From an uncultured Gammaproteobacteria bacterium (GTDB taxonomy: Bacteria; Patescibacteriota; Patescibacteriia; Magasanikbacterales; UBA922): 64,000 bases of DNA. The notes below the pieces were generated by a model, which saw only the letters and a program-made list of their open reading frames with translations, searched no databases and had not been told where the DNA came from. This document shows, piece after piece, positions 34,937 to 45,900 of this stretch. The position numbers and the translations under genes were made by a program. The stretch's first letter is position 1; the number at the start of each line of letters is the position of its first letter. The stretch lies in assembly GCA_964522435.1 (NCBI GenBank), contig CAZFUL010000006.1, positions 9,573 to 73,572 on the forward strand. The letters are read 5' to 3'.

Positions 34937-35809
34937 ATGAATAAATTGATAGTAACAATAAAAAGCAACCCGTACTTCCCTCTGATTATTTTTATTACGA
35001 TATTACTCGTATCTGCAGGAGCATGCATTACAGCATTTTATTGGTATACCGCACCCCCACCTGTGTCTCATCGTTTTGATAATCTGCCCGTATACACCCC
35101 CACAGAACCACCCATAGTATGCGCAAAAGAAGACAAGGTTATTTTACAAAATACAGATAACCCAAACCAAAAAATTGTGAAGCAACAATGCAACCTCCGC
35201 TCAGTTCATGAACAAATTACATACTTTTGGGTTGACGAAGAAGAAAGAATCGCTCTCGATCTTTCTATTGGCCATATATTAGAACTTTCAATATCTGACG
35301 GAACGATTACCAAGATACAAGATAATGAATTTTTAGTGAGTTATGGTTTTGGGGAAGGTTTTTCTTGTAATGCAGGTGGCATTGAAATATATTATATTGT
35401 TAATTTTACTACTAAAGATATTGAAGAAGAACGATTGTCTATTGCAGGGGCAGTTACGTCCGCAGATCCAAATGCTGAAGCACCTAATTGTGGATGTCTC
35501 GATGAAAGTAGCTATGTAACATTTGGGAAAGAAGACAGCAATACTGAACCACATCGTTTAGAATTCTACTTGCGTTGTAGTACAGATGGAATGAGTAGAA
35601 ATTTAGAAGTACTCACTCGCCCAACAAGTACCGTATCTATTACTGAAAGTAATGTACCACTTGATACGAAACTCAAGGACTACATATATTTATATGATAC
35701 AAGCCAGATTGCAGAAAGTATTAAAACAAACATGTTCACTTTTTCTATTGCCAGTACCAGCTACACATACGATATCAGCAATGGAACAGTTACTGTAACG
35801 GATCTATAG
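34937..35809 (+). CDS. Hypothetical N-terminally membrane-anchored protein (290 aa)
   Basis: Adjacent to 34071-34931 with a 5-nt spacer. N-terminal TM. Terminator AACAGC-cttactcaaaa-GCTGTTTTTTTT at 35831-35866. Confidence 0.45.
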   Translation: MNKLIVTIKSNPYFPLIIFITILLVSAGACITAFYWYTAPPPVSHRFDNLPVYTPTEPPIVCAKEDKVILQNTDNPNQKIVKQQCNLRSVHEQITYFWVDEEERIALDLSIGHILELSISDGTITKIQDNEFLVSYGFGEGFSCNAGGIEIYYIVNFTTKDIEEERLSIAGAVTSADPNAEAPNCGCLDESSYVTFGKEDSNTEPHRLEFYLRCSTDGMSRNLEVLTRPTSTVSITESNVPLDTKLKDYIYLYDTSQIAESIKTNMFTFSIASTSYTYDISNGTVTVTDL

Positions 35810-35907
35810 ACTCACCTAAACAAAAAACAGCCTTACTCAAAAGCTGTTTTTTTTCTTCCCCGAAGCATACTATTGCATCAGGGATCACCTCCTTCTTGGA
35901 AAAGATG

Positions 35908-36456
35908 TCATCGCCGCCGAAACAGCAAATACATCATAATGGTATCTGGAAGAGCAAAGCCAAGTGCTGGCGCCACATGGCCAATCGTGTATGCTGGAAT
36001 CGCAATGATGGTGCACACACAGGAGAGCCAATACAGCGTCCAGGCAACCCGGCTTTCTCGCTCGGGATGCTTCCACGCCGCAATGAGCGTGGGAATTGCG
36101 CCAATAATCATGACGATCGCATTCAACAGAATGCTTACTTCAGGATCATTAGTTCGCACCCAAGCAACAATACCCAGAATTGACACGCCCACACAAATGA
36201 TTTCGGTAAACGACCAGGTGGCCGTCCCATACCGAAATGAGAGTAGGGCGACAATAACGGATCCAATCGTCGCCCCCACAATTTGGCCATTAAGCGTATT
36301 GCTCGCACTCATCGCAATGAGGACAAGCAAATTGACGCTTGACCAAATCATCCACGTGGCCTTGTTTGGCCGGACCTTATTTTTGAGTACTCCCCAAATA
36401 TAGGGGACAAACCCAATAAAAAAAAGTACACCGGCTACCAGTTGAATTTTTTCCAC
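35908..36456 (-). CDS. Hypothetical 6-TM membrane protein (182 aa)
   Basis: ORF with regularly spaced hydrophobic helices. GC (~48%) elevated relative to neighbours. Confidence 0.4.
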   Translation of the reverse strand: MEKIQLVAGVLFFIGFVPYIWGVLKNKVRPNKATWMIWSSVNLLVLIAMSASNTLNGQIVGATIGSVIVALLSFRYGTATWSFTEIICVGVSILGIVAWVRTNDPEVSILLNAIVMIIGAIPTLIAAWKHPERESRVAWTLYWLSCVCTIIAIPAYTIGHVAPALGFALPDTIMMYLLFRRR

Positions 36457-36505
36457 AATACCCTCCTTGAAGGATGTCTCGTCACACCTGTGATATCATA
36501 CCCAT

Positions 36506-37705
36506 CTATTTTTGTAAAGAGGGTATAAGACGATATATCTGATCATCACCAGGGGTCACTTTTCCACGACCATCGGTATTACTTGTGGAGATATATACCG
36601 CGCCATCTGGTCCTTGTACCACATCGCGCACACGACCAATCTCTATAGGGAGTTTTTCTACGAATTCTACGGTATCAAAAGAATCTGTGGTAAATACAAC
36701 GCGATATACTCCTTCTCCTTTTAACGCACCAAAAAACAAATCTCCTTGCCAAGCAGGAAATACATCTCCAGAATAGACAAGTGCCGACGCAGGAGCCAAT
36801 GCCGGGGTAAATTGGATAACAGGGCTGATAAGACCTTCTTTTGCCTTGTCATGAGAGACAATCGGCCAACCATAATTTCCGCCTGGGATAATACGGTTTA
36901 TTTCATCTCCTCCCGCTGGTCCGTCAAATACAGACGGCCCATGCTCGGTACTCAACAGTATTCCCGACGTCATATCCCAGGCAATGCCTTGCGGATTTCT
37001 GTGTCCCAAACTATATATAGGCGATTGTGGAAAAGGATTATCCTGTGGAATAGTACCATCTGAATGAATCCGTAATATTTTTCCAGCAAGCGATTGGGTA
37101 TCTTGCGCAAGTGTTTTGTCTGTGGCGTCCCCAGTCGTAATATATAACAACCCATCAGGACCAAACGCCAACCGACAGCCCGCATGGTATTGTGCTGCAG
37201 GAATTTTATCAATAATGACTTGTTCATTCTCTGCGCTCATGCCCTTATCCTCCAACCGTACCACACGAGTGGCTAATGCTCCTTGTTGTTCATACGCATA
37301 ACAGGCATAAATAAATGTATTTTCACTATATGCAGGGTCAACGGCTAAGCCCATGAGTCCTTCTTCTGATTGGCTTGATACCCCATCAAACAGATATAAC
37401 GGTTTTTCTATAAGAACACCTTTTTCAATAATGCGAATGGCGCCAGAGCGTTCACTCACCAGCATACGATCTGTATCAGTAAAGATAATACTCCATGGAA
37501 CAGATAATCCGCTGGCAACGACTTCCATAGTGATAGCAGGTGATTGCCGTTCATTATCTTCAACAGTAACGGCTTCGGGCAAAAAAACAGTGCTATTATT
37601 TGTGGAAGAAATAAATGGAAGCGGAAGAGCAAGATAGCGAGCAATAAAAACTCCAACAATACCCATGAAGATACATAAAAAAATAATGATGAGATTTCTT
37701 TTCAT
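36506..37705 (-). CDS. PQQ-dependent soluble aldose sugar dehydrogenase (YliI/sGDH family beta-propeller), membrane-anchored
   Basis: 399 aa. …PWSIIFTDTDRMLVSERSGAIRIIEKG… and …GLMGLAVDPAYSENTFIYACYAY… match the sGDH/YliI family. N-terminal TM. Confidence 0.65.
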   Translation of the reverse strand: MKRNLIIIFLCIFMGIVGVFIARYLALPLPFISSTNNSTVFLPEAVTVEDNERQSPAITMEVVASGLSVPWSIIFTDTDRMLVSERSGAIRIIEKGVLIEKPLYLFDGVSSQSEEGLMGLAVDPAYSENTFIYACYAYEQQGALATRVVRLEDKGMSAENEQVIIDKIPAAQYHAGCRLAFGPDGLLYITTGDATDKTLAQDTQSLAGKILRIHSDGTIPQDNPFPQSPIYSLGHRNPQGIAWDMTSGILLSTEHGPSVFDGPAGGDEINRIIPGGNYGWPIVSHDKAKEGLISPVIQFTPALAPASALVYSGDVFPAWQGDLFFGALKGEGVYRVVFTTDSFDTVEFVEKLPIEIGRVRDVVQGPDGAVYISTSNTDGRGKVTPGDDQIYRLIPSLQK

Positions 37706-37722
37706 AGCAAAAAAATAACTCT

Positions 37723-40700
37723 TTAGAGCGTAGAGGCGTCACAGACAGCCCAACCATCCGGAACATCGCAAGGAGTTGCAAATGCTTGGCAACTTCCTCC
37801 TTGGGTTGATTGCGCATAGGTGATAATTTGCGCACATAAGCGTCCTTCTCGTTGATCCCAGTGCGTTACTGGACGATCGGTGATAAGAGTAGCATCGGTG
37901 GTAAATTGAAGACTTTCTACAATAGATAAAAACAAGTCTCCTTGTCCTTCTATAACAAATATGTCACCACTTGGTAATACTAGGCGAATAAGATATTGCA
38001 TAACACCCAAGTCATTGATTATCGCCATCTGCGTCCCGGTGATACCATCAATAACCACGGTCGATGTTGCTTGGCTCATGACAGGCGGCGCCACTAATTC
38101 TTTATATAAACTAATATATTGAGAAGGGGTTGTTTGTTGAGTTATCGACGGTTCTTGGATAGTAACTCCCCCATTCCATTGCGTCACTCGCCAACCAGTT
38201 GGATATTGTATAGAAAACGGCACCCCTTGCTGAATATCTAACGTTGATCGTTCATCTGACCGTTCTTCGACATAGCGCTTTTCAATGTTTTCTTCAATAC
38301 GTTCTCTCACTTGGGCAGGAGAAATATCATGTACTACCGTCGATACCGGTTGTGCAGCAGGACTACCACAACCCGCACCAAGCATCATAAGACCAGCCCC
38401 AACTAATCCCCAAAGTGCCACCAAAGAAAGCGCCCGCACATGAGTTTTGTTTCCTTTTTTCCCTACAGTTTTTTCTAACTGCGCAATGCGTTGTCTCGTG
38501 GCAATAATACTATCAGGATTCAACGACATACTATCGACTCCTAACGAAACGATATATTCCGCAAATTCTGGATAATCACTCGGTGCTTGTCCGCATACCC
38601 CAACGTGCTTGTGGTGCTTATGGGCAACATCAATAACTTGTTTTATCAATTTTTTCACCGCTTGGTTCGTTGCGTCGCCAATATGCATCAAGTCTCCTGC
38701 ATCTCTATCCAGCCCCAAGGTCAGCTGCGCCAAATCATTTGTGCCAATACTAAAGCCATCAAATAACGCGGCAAATTCTTCGGCAAGCATAACATTCGAA
38801 GGAATTTCACACATGACATACACCTGCAATCCATTCTCTCCTCGCTTGAGTCCGAATTCTGCCATAGTCTGTAATACTTTTTCGCCCTCTTCTGGCGTAC
38901 GACAAAAAGGTACCATCACAATAATGTTTTTTAATCCCCACTCTTCTCGCACTCGTTTAATTGCACGACATTCAAGCGCAAAGGCAGGTTTATATTCAGG
39001 AGAATAATAGCGACTCGCCCCACGCCATCCGAGCATGGGATTTTCTTCCTGTGGTTCAAATTCTTTTCCTCCTAACAGAGAGGCATATTCATTGCTTTTA
39101 AAATCACTCAATCGCACAATAACTGGCTTTCCTTTTGCAGAAGCAGCAATGCGCGCAATCCCTTCGGATAATTTATCAACAAAATAGTCTGTTTTTTTCT
39201 TGTAGCCTTTCGTAAGATTGTCTATTTGTTTTTTAACGTTTTTATTTTTTAACAAATGATAATTCGTTAATGCGAGCGGATGGATACGAATATACTGCGT
39301 AAAAATAAATTCCAATCGTGCTAACCCAATACCATCATGCGGTAAGCCTGATAAAGAAAAGGCATGCTGTGGGTCGCCAATATTCATCATGATTTGTGTT
39401 TTCGTCTTTGGAATATCGGTAATATTGGTGCGTTGCACCTCAAACGGAAGAACCCCTTGGTAAATAATTCCCTCTTCCCCTTTTGAACAATCAATAGTAA
39501 GACTGGCCTTATGTTTTAATAGACTTCTGGCGTCTTTTGCTCCTACAATACAAGGAACACCAATCTCTCTTGAAACAATAGCCGCATGACTGGTTTTTCC
39601 GCCTTGTTCAGTGATAATCGCAGAGGCCATACGCATAATTGGCTCCCAATCTGGATCGGTTAATCGGGTAACTAACACCTCTCCTTTTTTAAATAAGGCC
39701 ATGTCTGAAGGCTGTTCAATACAACGCACTTTTCCTGCACCAATACGCCGGCCTACCGCAATTCCCCGAAGAAGCTCTTTGCCTGTTTTTTTTAATACAT
39801 ATTGTTCAAGCACCGCACCGGATTGCTGAGAAATAACCGTTTCTGGTCGTGCCTGAACAATAAACAATTTGCCTGTTTTTTCTTGTTTTACCCATTCAAT
39901 ATCTTGGGGACGAGCATAATGTTTTTCTATTTGTATTCCCCAGGCAGTTAACTGAAGAATATCGCTATCACTCATACTTAGCCGTGCACGATCTGTTGCA
40001 GAAACAATTTTTTGTTTCGTACGTCCAGTTCCTGTACAAACAAGTTGTACTTCTTTACTTCCACAAGTTTTGCTAATAATGGCAGGCCCGACCTCTGCAG
40101 AAGGAGCTTTTACCACATACCATTGATCTGGAATCACTCGCCCTTTTACCACATATTCTCCAAGCCCATAACTGCCGTTAATGACGGCGACGTTATCAAA
40201 CCCTGATTCTGTATCAACAGTAAACAAAACCCCGCTTGCGCTCGCACGAATCATTTGTTGTACCGTAACCGATAAGGCAACATGCAAATGGCCAAAACCT
40301 TTTGCTTCTCGATAAGAAATTGCTCTATCAGTAAATAAGGAGGCCATACATCTTTTTACCGCAAGTAAGAGTGCGGCATCGCCTTCTATATTCAAAAAAC
40401 TTTCTTGTTGGCCAGCAAAACTTGCGGTTGGCAAATCTTCTGCCGTGGCAGAAGAGCGAACCGCGACCGCAGTACCACCCAAACGATGATATGCATCAAG
40501 AATATTTTTCTCCAAATCTTTTGGAAGTATTGCTGATAACATCAGCTGACGAATTTTTTTTCCGACGGCAGCAAGTTTTTTTACATTATGAACATCTATT
40601 TCTTGTAATAATTCTTTTATTTTTTTCCGAAGACCTTGTTGCTCCAAAATATACCAATACGCATCTGCTGTAATAGCAAATCCATTTGGAACCGCAATCC

Positions 40701-40842
40701 CCTGATCTTTTAATCGTGAATACATCTCTCCCAAAGAAGCATTTTTTCCTCCCACAAGAGGAACATCAGCAAAAGAAATATCTTTAAACCAAAGAATATC
40801 TTGCCGCTGTGTCTGTTGTTGTTTTTTTATTTTAGGAGACAT
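37723..40842 (-). CDS. ppsA: Phosphoenolpyruvate synthase (pyruvate, water dikinase) with an in-frame ~235-aa C-terminal lipoprotein-like extension
   Basis: First ~805 aa align end-to-end with E. coli PpsA (…LVGGKNASLGEM…, …VRLSDFKSNEYASLLGG…, …MCEIPSN…, …VCGQAPSDYPEF…SLNPD…). The ORF then continues without a stop into MRALSLVALWGLVGAGLMMLGAGC… (if read from the in-frame GTG at ~38430). Confidence 0.85.
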   Translation of the reverse strand: MSPKIKKQQQTQRQDILWFKDISFADVPLVGGKNASLGEMYSRLKDQGIAVPNGFAITADAYWYILEQQGLRKKIKELLQEIDVHNVKKLAAVGKKIRQLMLSAILPKDLEKNILDAYHRLGGTAVAVRSSATAEDLPTASFAGQQESFLNIEGDAALLLAVKRCMASLFTDRAISYREAKGFGHLHVALSVTVQQMIRASASGVLFTVDTESGFDNVAVINGSYGLGEYVVKGRVIPDQWYVVKAPSAEVGPAIISKTCGSKEVQLVCTGTGRTKQKIVSATDRARLSMSDSDILQLTAWGIQIEKHYARPQDIEWVKQEKTGKLFIVQARPETVISQQSGAVLEQYVLKKTGKELLRGIAVGRRIGAGKVRCIEQPSDMALFKKGEVLVTRLTDPDWEPIMRMASAIITEQGGKTSHAAIVSREIGVPCIVGAKDARSLLKHKASLTIDCSKGEEGIIYQGVLPFEVQRTNITDIPKTKTQIMMNIGDPQHAFSLSGLPHDGIGLARLEFIFTQYIRIHPLALTNYHLLKNKNVKKQIDNLTKGYKKKTDYFVDKLSEGIARIAASAKGKPVIVRLSDFKSNEYASLLGGKEFEPQEENPMLGWRGASRYYSPEYKPAFALECRAIKRVREEWGLKNIIVMVPFCRTPEEGEKVLQTMAEFGLKRGENGLQVYVMCEIPSNVMLAEEFAALFDGFSIGTNDLAQLTLGLDRDAGDLMHIGDATNQAVKKLIKQVIDVAHKHHKHVGVCGQAPSDYPEFAEYIVSLGVDSMSLNPDSIIATRQRIAQLEKTVGKKGNKTHVRALSLVALWGLVGAGLMMLGAGCGSPAAQPVSTVVHDISPAQVRERIEENIEKRYVEERSDERSTLDIQQGVPFSIQYPTGWRVTQWNGGVTIQEPSITQQTTPSQYISLYKELVAPPVMSQATSTVVIDGITGTQMAIINDLGVMQYLIRLVLPSGDIFVIEGQGDLFLSIVESLQFTTDATLITDRPVTHWDQREGRLCAQIITYAQSTQGGSCQAFATPCDVPDGWAVCDASTL

Positions 40843-40911
40843 ATGAAAAACGTAGCCTCATACGATATACGGGGCTACAATAGATAGTATAGCATACACC
40901 AACCCTCTGTG

Positions 40912-42354
40912 CTAACTCACTTGCCGTACTTCCAAAAAGTTTAGTTGCCCTGCTTGCCCAACCGGTTCTCCCGCAACCACAATAACACGCTCCCCTACGT
41001 CAATGATACGACGTTCTTTTAAGGTCACTAACGATCGTTCTACTAATTCTTCAATAGAATGACAGGCCGGCAGCATAAATGGGTATACCCCCCAAGAAAG
41101 GCTCAATTGTCGTTCGGTTCGCTCATTATTTGTCGCAACAGTAATAGGCAATTCTGGACGATAGCGACTAATACGCTTTGCTGTCTCACCTGATAGTGAT
41201 GCAGCCAAAATCACGCGTGCACCAACATCCTCTGCCAGGATACGAGACAGGCCACTTAAAACATCATCAACACTATCTTTACCAGAATTCATTATTGGAA
41301 GAGCAAGATCATCATATACAGAGTTTTCTGTTTCAATAATAATATTGCTCATTGTTTGCACTGATTCTACCGGATATGCCCCAGTCGCGGTTTCATTTGA
41401 TAACATTACCGCATCGGTGTGATCCATAACCGCATGCGCTACATCAGATACTTCTGCACGGGTAGGACGAGGATTCTTTTGCATGGAATCAAGCATTTGT
41501 GTTGCAACAATAACAGGACGAGCTTTTTCTCGTGCCTTATCAATCAATTTTTTTTGAATCACTGGAACTTGCTCAGCAGGAATTTCTATTCCCAAGTCGC
41601 CTCTGGCAATCATAATACCATCAACAACGTCTAATATAGCGTCAATTCTTTCTATTGCCTCTGCGCGTTCTATTTTTGCAATAATTTTTACGGATTGTTC
41701 AACCGTATTTCCTATCTTTTTCTCTTCTTCTTTAATGATAAAGCGCAAATCTAAAATATCTTCCGGAGAAGTAACAAAAGAAAGTGCCATAAAATCAACC
41801 CCTTGGGCAACACCAAAGGCGGCATCTTGTTTGTCTTTTTCTGTTAATGAACGAATATGTAATTTTGAATCTGGAACGTTTAATCCTTTATGGGAAAACA
41901 AGTCACCTCCAACCACCACCTCGGTAGTAATAATCGTTCCGTCAATCGAGATAATGCGCGTTTCTATTGTCCCATCACTAATAAGGATACGATCGTTTAT
42001 TTGTAAAAATTGATGCAACTCATGATAATCAATAGGAATACGTTCATCATGATATTCACTCAATGCGGTATCAAAAACAACCTGCTGCCCTTTTGTAATA
42101 GCAATTCCTGTTTCAGGTAAAATACCTAAACGAATTTTAGGACCTTGCAAATCTTGCAGTATGGCAATCGGTTGCTGTTTTTCTTTGGAAACGGCACGCA
42201 CCGTATTCATTAATAATAAATGATCCTCGTGGCTGCCATGAGAAAAGTTTAATCGAGCAACATTCATCCCAGCATCAACCATCTTCGCAATCTGTTCTTT
42301 ATCATGAGATGCTGGTCCCAAGGTACAGACAATTTTTGTTCTTTTATTCATCAT
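40912..42354 (-). CDS. pyk: Pyruvate kinase
   Basis: MMNKRTKIVCTLGPASHDKEQIAKMVDAGMNVARLNFSHGSHEDH… matches the pyruvate kinase N-terminus. Full length, 480 aa. Confidence 0.9.
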   Translation of the reverse strand: MMNKRTKIVCTLGPASHDKEQIAKMVDAGMNVARLNFSHGSHEDHLLLMNTVRAVSKEKQQPIAILQDLQGPKIRLGILPETGIAITKGQQVVFDTALSEYHDERIPIDYHELHQFLQINDRILISDGTIETRIISIDGTIITTEVVVGGDLFSHKGLNVPDSKLHIRSLTEKDKQDAAFGVAQGVDFMALSFVTSPEDILDLRFIIKEEEKKIGNTVEQSVKIIAKIERAEAIERIDAILDVVDGIMIARGDLGIEIPAEQVPVIQKKLIDKAREKARPVIVATQMLDSMQKNPRPTRAEVSDVAHAVMDHTDAVMLSNETATGAYPVESVQTMSNIIIETENSVYDDLALPIMNSGKDSVDDVLSGLSRILAEDVGARVILAASLSGETAKRISRYRPELPITVATNNERTERQLSLSWGVYPFMLPACHSIEELVERSLVTLKERRIIDVGERVIVVAGEPVGQAGQLNFLEVRQVS

Positions 42355-42377
42355 ACATCATGAGTGATAGTGCCTAG

Positions 42378-42656
42378 TTATTTGTTGAACAGTTCCTGAA
42401 ATCGTTCAATCGTACTTCCTTGTGTAATAACTTCTTTGGCAATAGGTGGCAAATAAATAATACCCAATACAACAGGAATGAGGACAATAAGTAATCGAAC
42501 AATACCCCCGACAGAGAGCATAAACATCTGTTTTTTTACATGCTGTTGCTCTTTAAGAATAGTCTGACACACCTCAGTCAACTCACGAATCTGTTCTGAC
42601 AGCTCTTGAGATCTGTCTGTAACTTCTTGCTTGTCTGTGTGGTTTAGTGAGCTCAT
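42378..42656 (-). CDS. Hypothetical small membrane protein (start likely MSSLNHTDKQ)
   Basis: ORF between pyk and nrdR. The ORF-track version overlaps nrdR, so a shorter start is preferred. Confidence 0.3.
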   Translation of the reverse strand: MSSLNHTDKQEVTDRSQELSEQIRELTEVCQTILKEQQHVKKQMFMLSVGGIVRLLIVLIPVVLGIIYLPPIAKEVITQGSTIERFQELFNK

Positions 42657-42663
42657 AGGGGCA

Positions 42664-43128
42664 TTATGATGAACGACGTTTTTTTTCAAGAGAACGTATT
42701 TCTGAGGTAAAGGTATCCACGTCTTCAAACGCACGATAGATAGAGGCAAAACGGATATACGCAACTTTATCAAATCGTTTTAATTGTTTCATAACAATCT
42801 CTCCAATATGTTGAGTGGTTACTTCTCGTGCTCGTGTTTTTTGAATGTCACGTTCAATACCATGAATCAAACGATCAAATTTTTCTTGTGTATACGGGCG
42901 TTTTGCCAATGAGCGGATAATCCCTTGTTTTATTTTTTCACGTGAATAGGACTCTCGCCGCCCATCATTTTTTACAATAACCACATCCAGTAATTCGGTT
43001 TCTTCTATTGTAGAAAATCGATATTTACAGGCAATACACTCCCGACGACGACGAACAGATAGGCCATCTGGAGGCACACGAGAATCAACGACTTTTGTTT
43101 CTTCTGAACGACAAACAGGACAAAACAT
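42664..43128 (-). CDS. nrdR: Transcriptional repressor NrdR
   Basis: MFCPVCRSEETKVVDSRVPPDGLSVRRRRECIACKYRFSTIEETE… has the Zn-ribbon plus ATP-cone typical of NrdR. Confidence 0.9.
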   Translation of the reverse strand: MFCPVCRSEETKVVDSRVPPDGLSVRRRRECIACKYRFSTIEETELLDVVIVKNDGRRESYSREKIKQGIIRSLAKRPYTQEKFDRLIHGIERDIQKTRAREVTTQHIGEIVMKQLKRFDKVAYIRFASIYRAFEDVDTFTSEIRSLEKKRRSS

Positions 43129-43167
43129 ACAGCAGAGTTAGTCAATCTTTTTAAGATCATGAAACAA

Positions 43168-44466
43168 CTACATGCCCATTTTTTTACGAATAAAGGCAGG
43201 TATTTCTAAATCTTCCTCATCATCATTGGCGGTTTTTGCCGCATCAATATCTTGCTTTGACAGCGACTGTTGAGAAAATGATTTTTGTCTATCAGCAGAA
43301 CTAAATGATGGTTGCGCTTGTGGCACAGAACGACTCGTAAATCCACGGAACATGTCCTCTGTAGACTCTGCACGAGTATCGTCTTCTTCAACAACAGGCA
43401 GTGATTTCTTTTTAAATGAATTGTTATAAAAAGATCGTGTTTTGCTCATGAGTGGTCGTTCTTCTTCAAGAGATCCGGCTGAGCTAAGAAAATCTTTTTG
43501 CATTTCATGTTCATCATGATCAAAACCAGTAGCAATAACGGTAACGCGTAATTCATCGGTTAAATTCTCATCGATTACGGTACCAAAAATAACCCGAACA
43601 TTTTCATCAGCAGAACTGGTGATCACCTTCGCAGCTTCAGATACTTCTTGCATACCCAAATTCTTTCCTCCTGTAATGGTAAACAAAATACCTCTTGCGC
43701 CATCAATAGCTAATTCAAGAAGTGGACTTGATATTGCTGCTTTTGCAGCTTCGGCAGCTCTGTTATCACCAGAGGCAACACCAATACCCATTAATGCCGT
43801 ACCGGTATCTTTCATAATCGTTTTTACGTCAGCAAAATCCACATTAATTAACCCAGGGACGGTAATTAATTCAGAAATTCCTTGCACCCCTTGTCGTAAC
43901 ACATCATCCAAAATTTTAAAGGCATCTAAAATAGACGTATTTTTATCAATAATTTGTAATACGCGATCGTTTGGAATGGTAATAATGGTATCAACGTATT
44001 TTGCGAGTTCTTTGTGTGCTTGTTCCGCAATACTGTTTCTTTGAGGACCTTCAAAAGAAAAAGGTTTTGTTACGACCCCAACAGTAAGTGCCCCGACTTC
44101 TTTTGCTATTTGCGCAATCACGGGACCAGCCCCTGAACCAGTACCCCCGCCTAATCCACAGGTAACAAACACCATGTCAGAACCTTTGAGAACATCACGG
44201 ATTTCATTTTGAGATTCTTCTGCACTTCGTTTACCAACTTCAGGATCCATTCCGGCACCAAGACCCCGAGTAACCGTTTTTCCAATATGTAATTTATGTG
44301 GCGCGCTATTATGGTGTAAGGCTTGCACATCAGTATTCATAACAACAAACTCAACACCACGAATACCGCTTTTTACCATTCGATTTACAGCAGAACAGCC
44401 GGAGCCCCCAACACCCACGACTTTAATTTTAGCAAATGTTTCAACATCTGGTTTCACTTGAGGCAT
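43168..44466 (-). CDS. ftsZ: Cell division protein FtsZ
   Basis: …[19 protein letters not shown]… [18 protein letters not shown]… match the tubulin/FtsZ signatures. Start taken at MPQVKPD. ORF track extends to 44508. Confidence 0.95.
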   Translation of the reverse strand: MPQVKPDVETFAKIKVVGVGGSGCSAVNRMVKSGIRGVEFVVMNTDVQALHHNSAPHKLHIGKTVTRGLGAGMDPEVGKRSAEESQNEIRDVLKGSDMVFVTCGLGGGTGSGAGPVIAQIAKEVGALTVGVVTKPFSFEGPQRNSIAEQAHKELAKYVDTIITIPNDRVLQIIDKNTSILDAFKILDDVLRQGVQGISELITVPGLINVDFADVKTIMKDTGTALMGIGVASGDNRAAEAAKAAISSPLLELAIDGARGILFTITGGKNLGMQEVSEAAKVITSSADENVRVIFGTVIDENLTDELRVTVIATGFDHDEHEMQKDFLSSAGSLEEERPLMSKTRSFYNNSFKKKSLPVVEEDDTRAESTEDMFRGFTSRSVPQAQPSFSSADRQKSFSQQSLSKQDIDAAKTANDDEEDLEIPAFIRKKMGM

Positions 44467-44602
44467 ATACAGGTTCAGTTCAAGGATGAAAAATAGTTTT
44501 ATGAACACAATTAGTGTTCATTTTTCGCTACATAGAGCGATATATACAGCTATTGTATTATACTCCTATCAACAACGTCAAGAAAAAAAATAGTTCCCTC
44601 TC

Positions 44603-45868
44603 TTAGGGGACTAAAAATTTAAATATTTTGCGTACTTGATCAGCGGCTTTTCCTCCACCAGGAAGACGAAAACGACTGGTGGTCTTTTTTTCTTTTCCCA
44701 TATGCAATGCCCCCCAACGCACTAAGCCAATCGCACTGGTAAATGATAAATCATTAATTTTATCTGTTGCGCTTTGCATACCAAAAGGAAAGCCGTAGCC
44801 GGCATTCATTTGTAAGACATGTTTTGCCACATCAATTAAATCATGAAGCTTTGCACCTCCTCCACAAAACACAGCACCTGCAGGTAACAAGCCCCGTCGT
44901 TGAATGCCTAAAAGTTCTTGGTTTACTTTTTCTAATAACTCCCCTACCCGTGCAGCAATAATTTCAATAATAAATTTTTTAGGAATATATTGGGAGGGTT
45001 GTCCAAATTCAGCCAAATCAATAACATCTTTTTTAGTAAACCCTTTTACCAGACAGCCGCCATATAACAATTTAATTTTTTCCGCAACATCAATTGACGT
45101 TTGTAAACCAAGCGCTAAATCATTGGTAATATGATTTGAGCCAATAGGAATGACCGCAGTATGAATAAGTTGTCCTTCTTCAAATACCGCTATCGTCGTG
45201 GTTGATCCTCCAATATCAATAAGCACGACGCCTAATTCTTTTTGTCTATCAGTTAATACCGCATCAGCGGTTGCAACAACAGACAGCACCAAATCATCGA
45301 TATCAATCCCGGTACGATAAATGGTTTTACTAATATTTTTTATATGCGGCGTAGCACCATAAATCATTTGCGCATCTACTTCTACCCGCACCCCCGTCAT
45401 ACCAACAGGATCTTTAATCCCTGTTTGTCCATCGACAGTAAATGAACGTGGAAGCACATGAATAATTTCATAATTTAATGGAGAGGCCACTCCTTGCGCT
45501 GATTCAATAACCCGTTCCACATCCTCATAAGAAATTTCTCCATCTGTTTTTGCTACCGCAACAACTCCCCTGTTTTCTTGTTTAATAATCTGGGTGCCAG
45601 AAATTCCGACCCAAGCACTTTCAATAGGAACCCCGATTAATCGATCAATCTCTTCTAATACATGGGATACAGAAGAGACAGCCTCTTCAATGGAAACAAT
45701 GGTTCCTTTATGAATACCGTAGGCCCCTACTTCTGCCGTAGCAATGAGTTGTATGTCTCCGCCTCCCCCACGTTCGTCAGAGGTATATTGCGCTACCGCA
45801 ATACGAACAGCCGTCGATCCAATATCGAGGCCAGTAATAAGTTCAGGTTGTTGTCGGGATCGTGCCAT
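44603..45868 (-). CDS. ftsA: Cell division protein FtsA
   Basis: MARSRQQPELITGLDIGSTAVRIAVAQ… actin-like ATPase, 421 aa, upstream of ftsZ. Confidence 0.9.
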   Translation of the reverse strand: MARSRQQPELITGLDIGSTAVRIAVAQYTSDERGGGGDIQLIATAEVGAYGIHKGTIVSIEEAVSSVSHVLEEIDRLIGVPIESAWVGISGTQIIKQENRGVVAVAKTDGEISYEDVERVIESAQGVASPLNYEIIHVLPRSFTVDGQTGIKDPVGMTGVRVEVDAQMIYGATPHIKNISKTIYRTGIDIDDLVLSVVATADAVLTDRQKELGVVLIDIGGSTTTIAVFEEGQLIHTAVIPIGSNHITNDLALGLQTSIDVAEKIKLLYGGCLVKGFTKKDVIDLAEFGQPSQYIPKKFIIEIIAARVGELLEKVNQELLGIQRRGLLPAGAVFCGGGAKLHDLIDVAKHVLQMNAGYGFPFGMQSATDKINDLSFTSAIGLVRWGALHMGKEKKTTSRFRLPGGGKAADQVRKIFKFLVP

Positions 45869-45900
45869 AGAAAATACGTCAAGAGAAGGTCATTGTACCA

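Noticed and set aside
38609-44044. Plus-strand ORFs 38609-39007, 41419-41634, 41735-42013, 43619-44044
   Set aside because: Antisense within ppsA, pyk and ftsZ, all of which have strong homology support.
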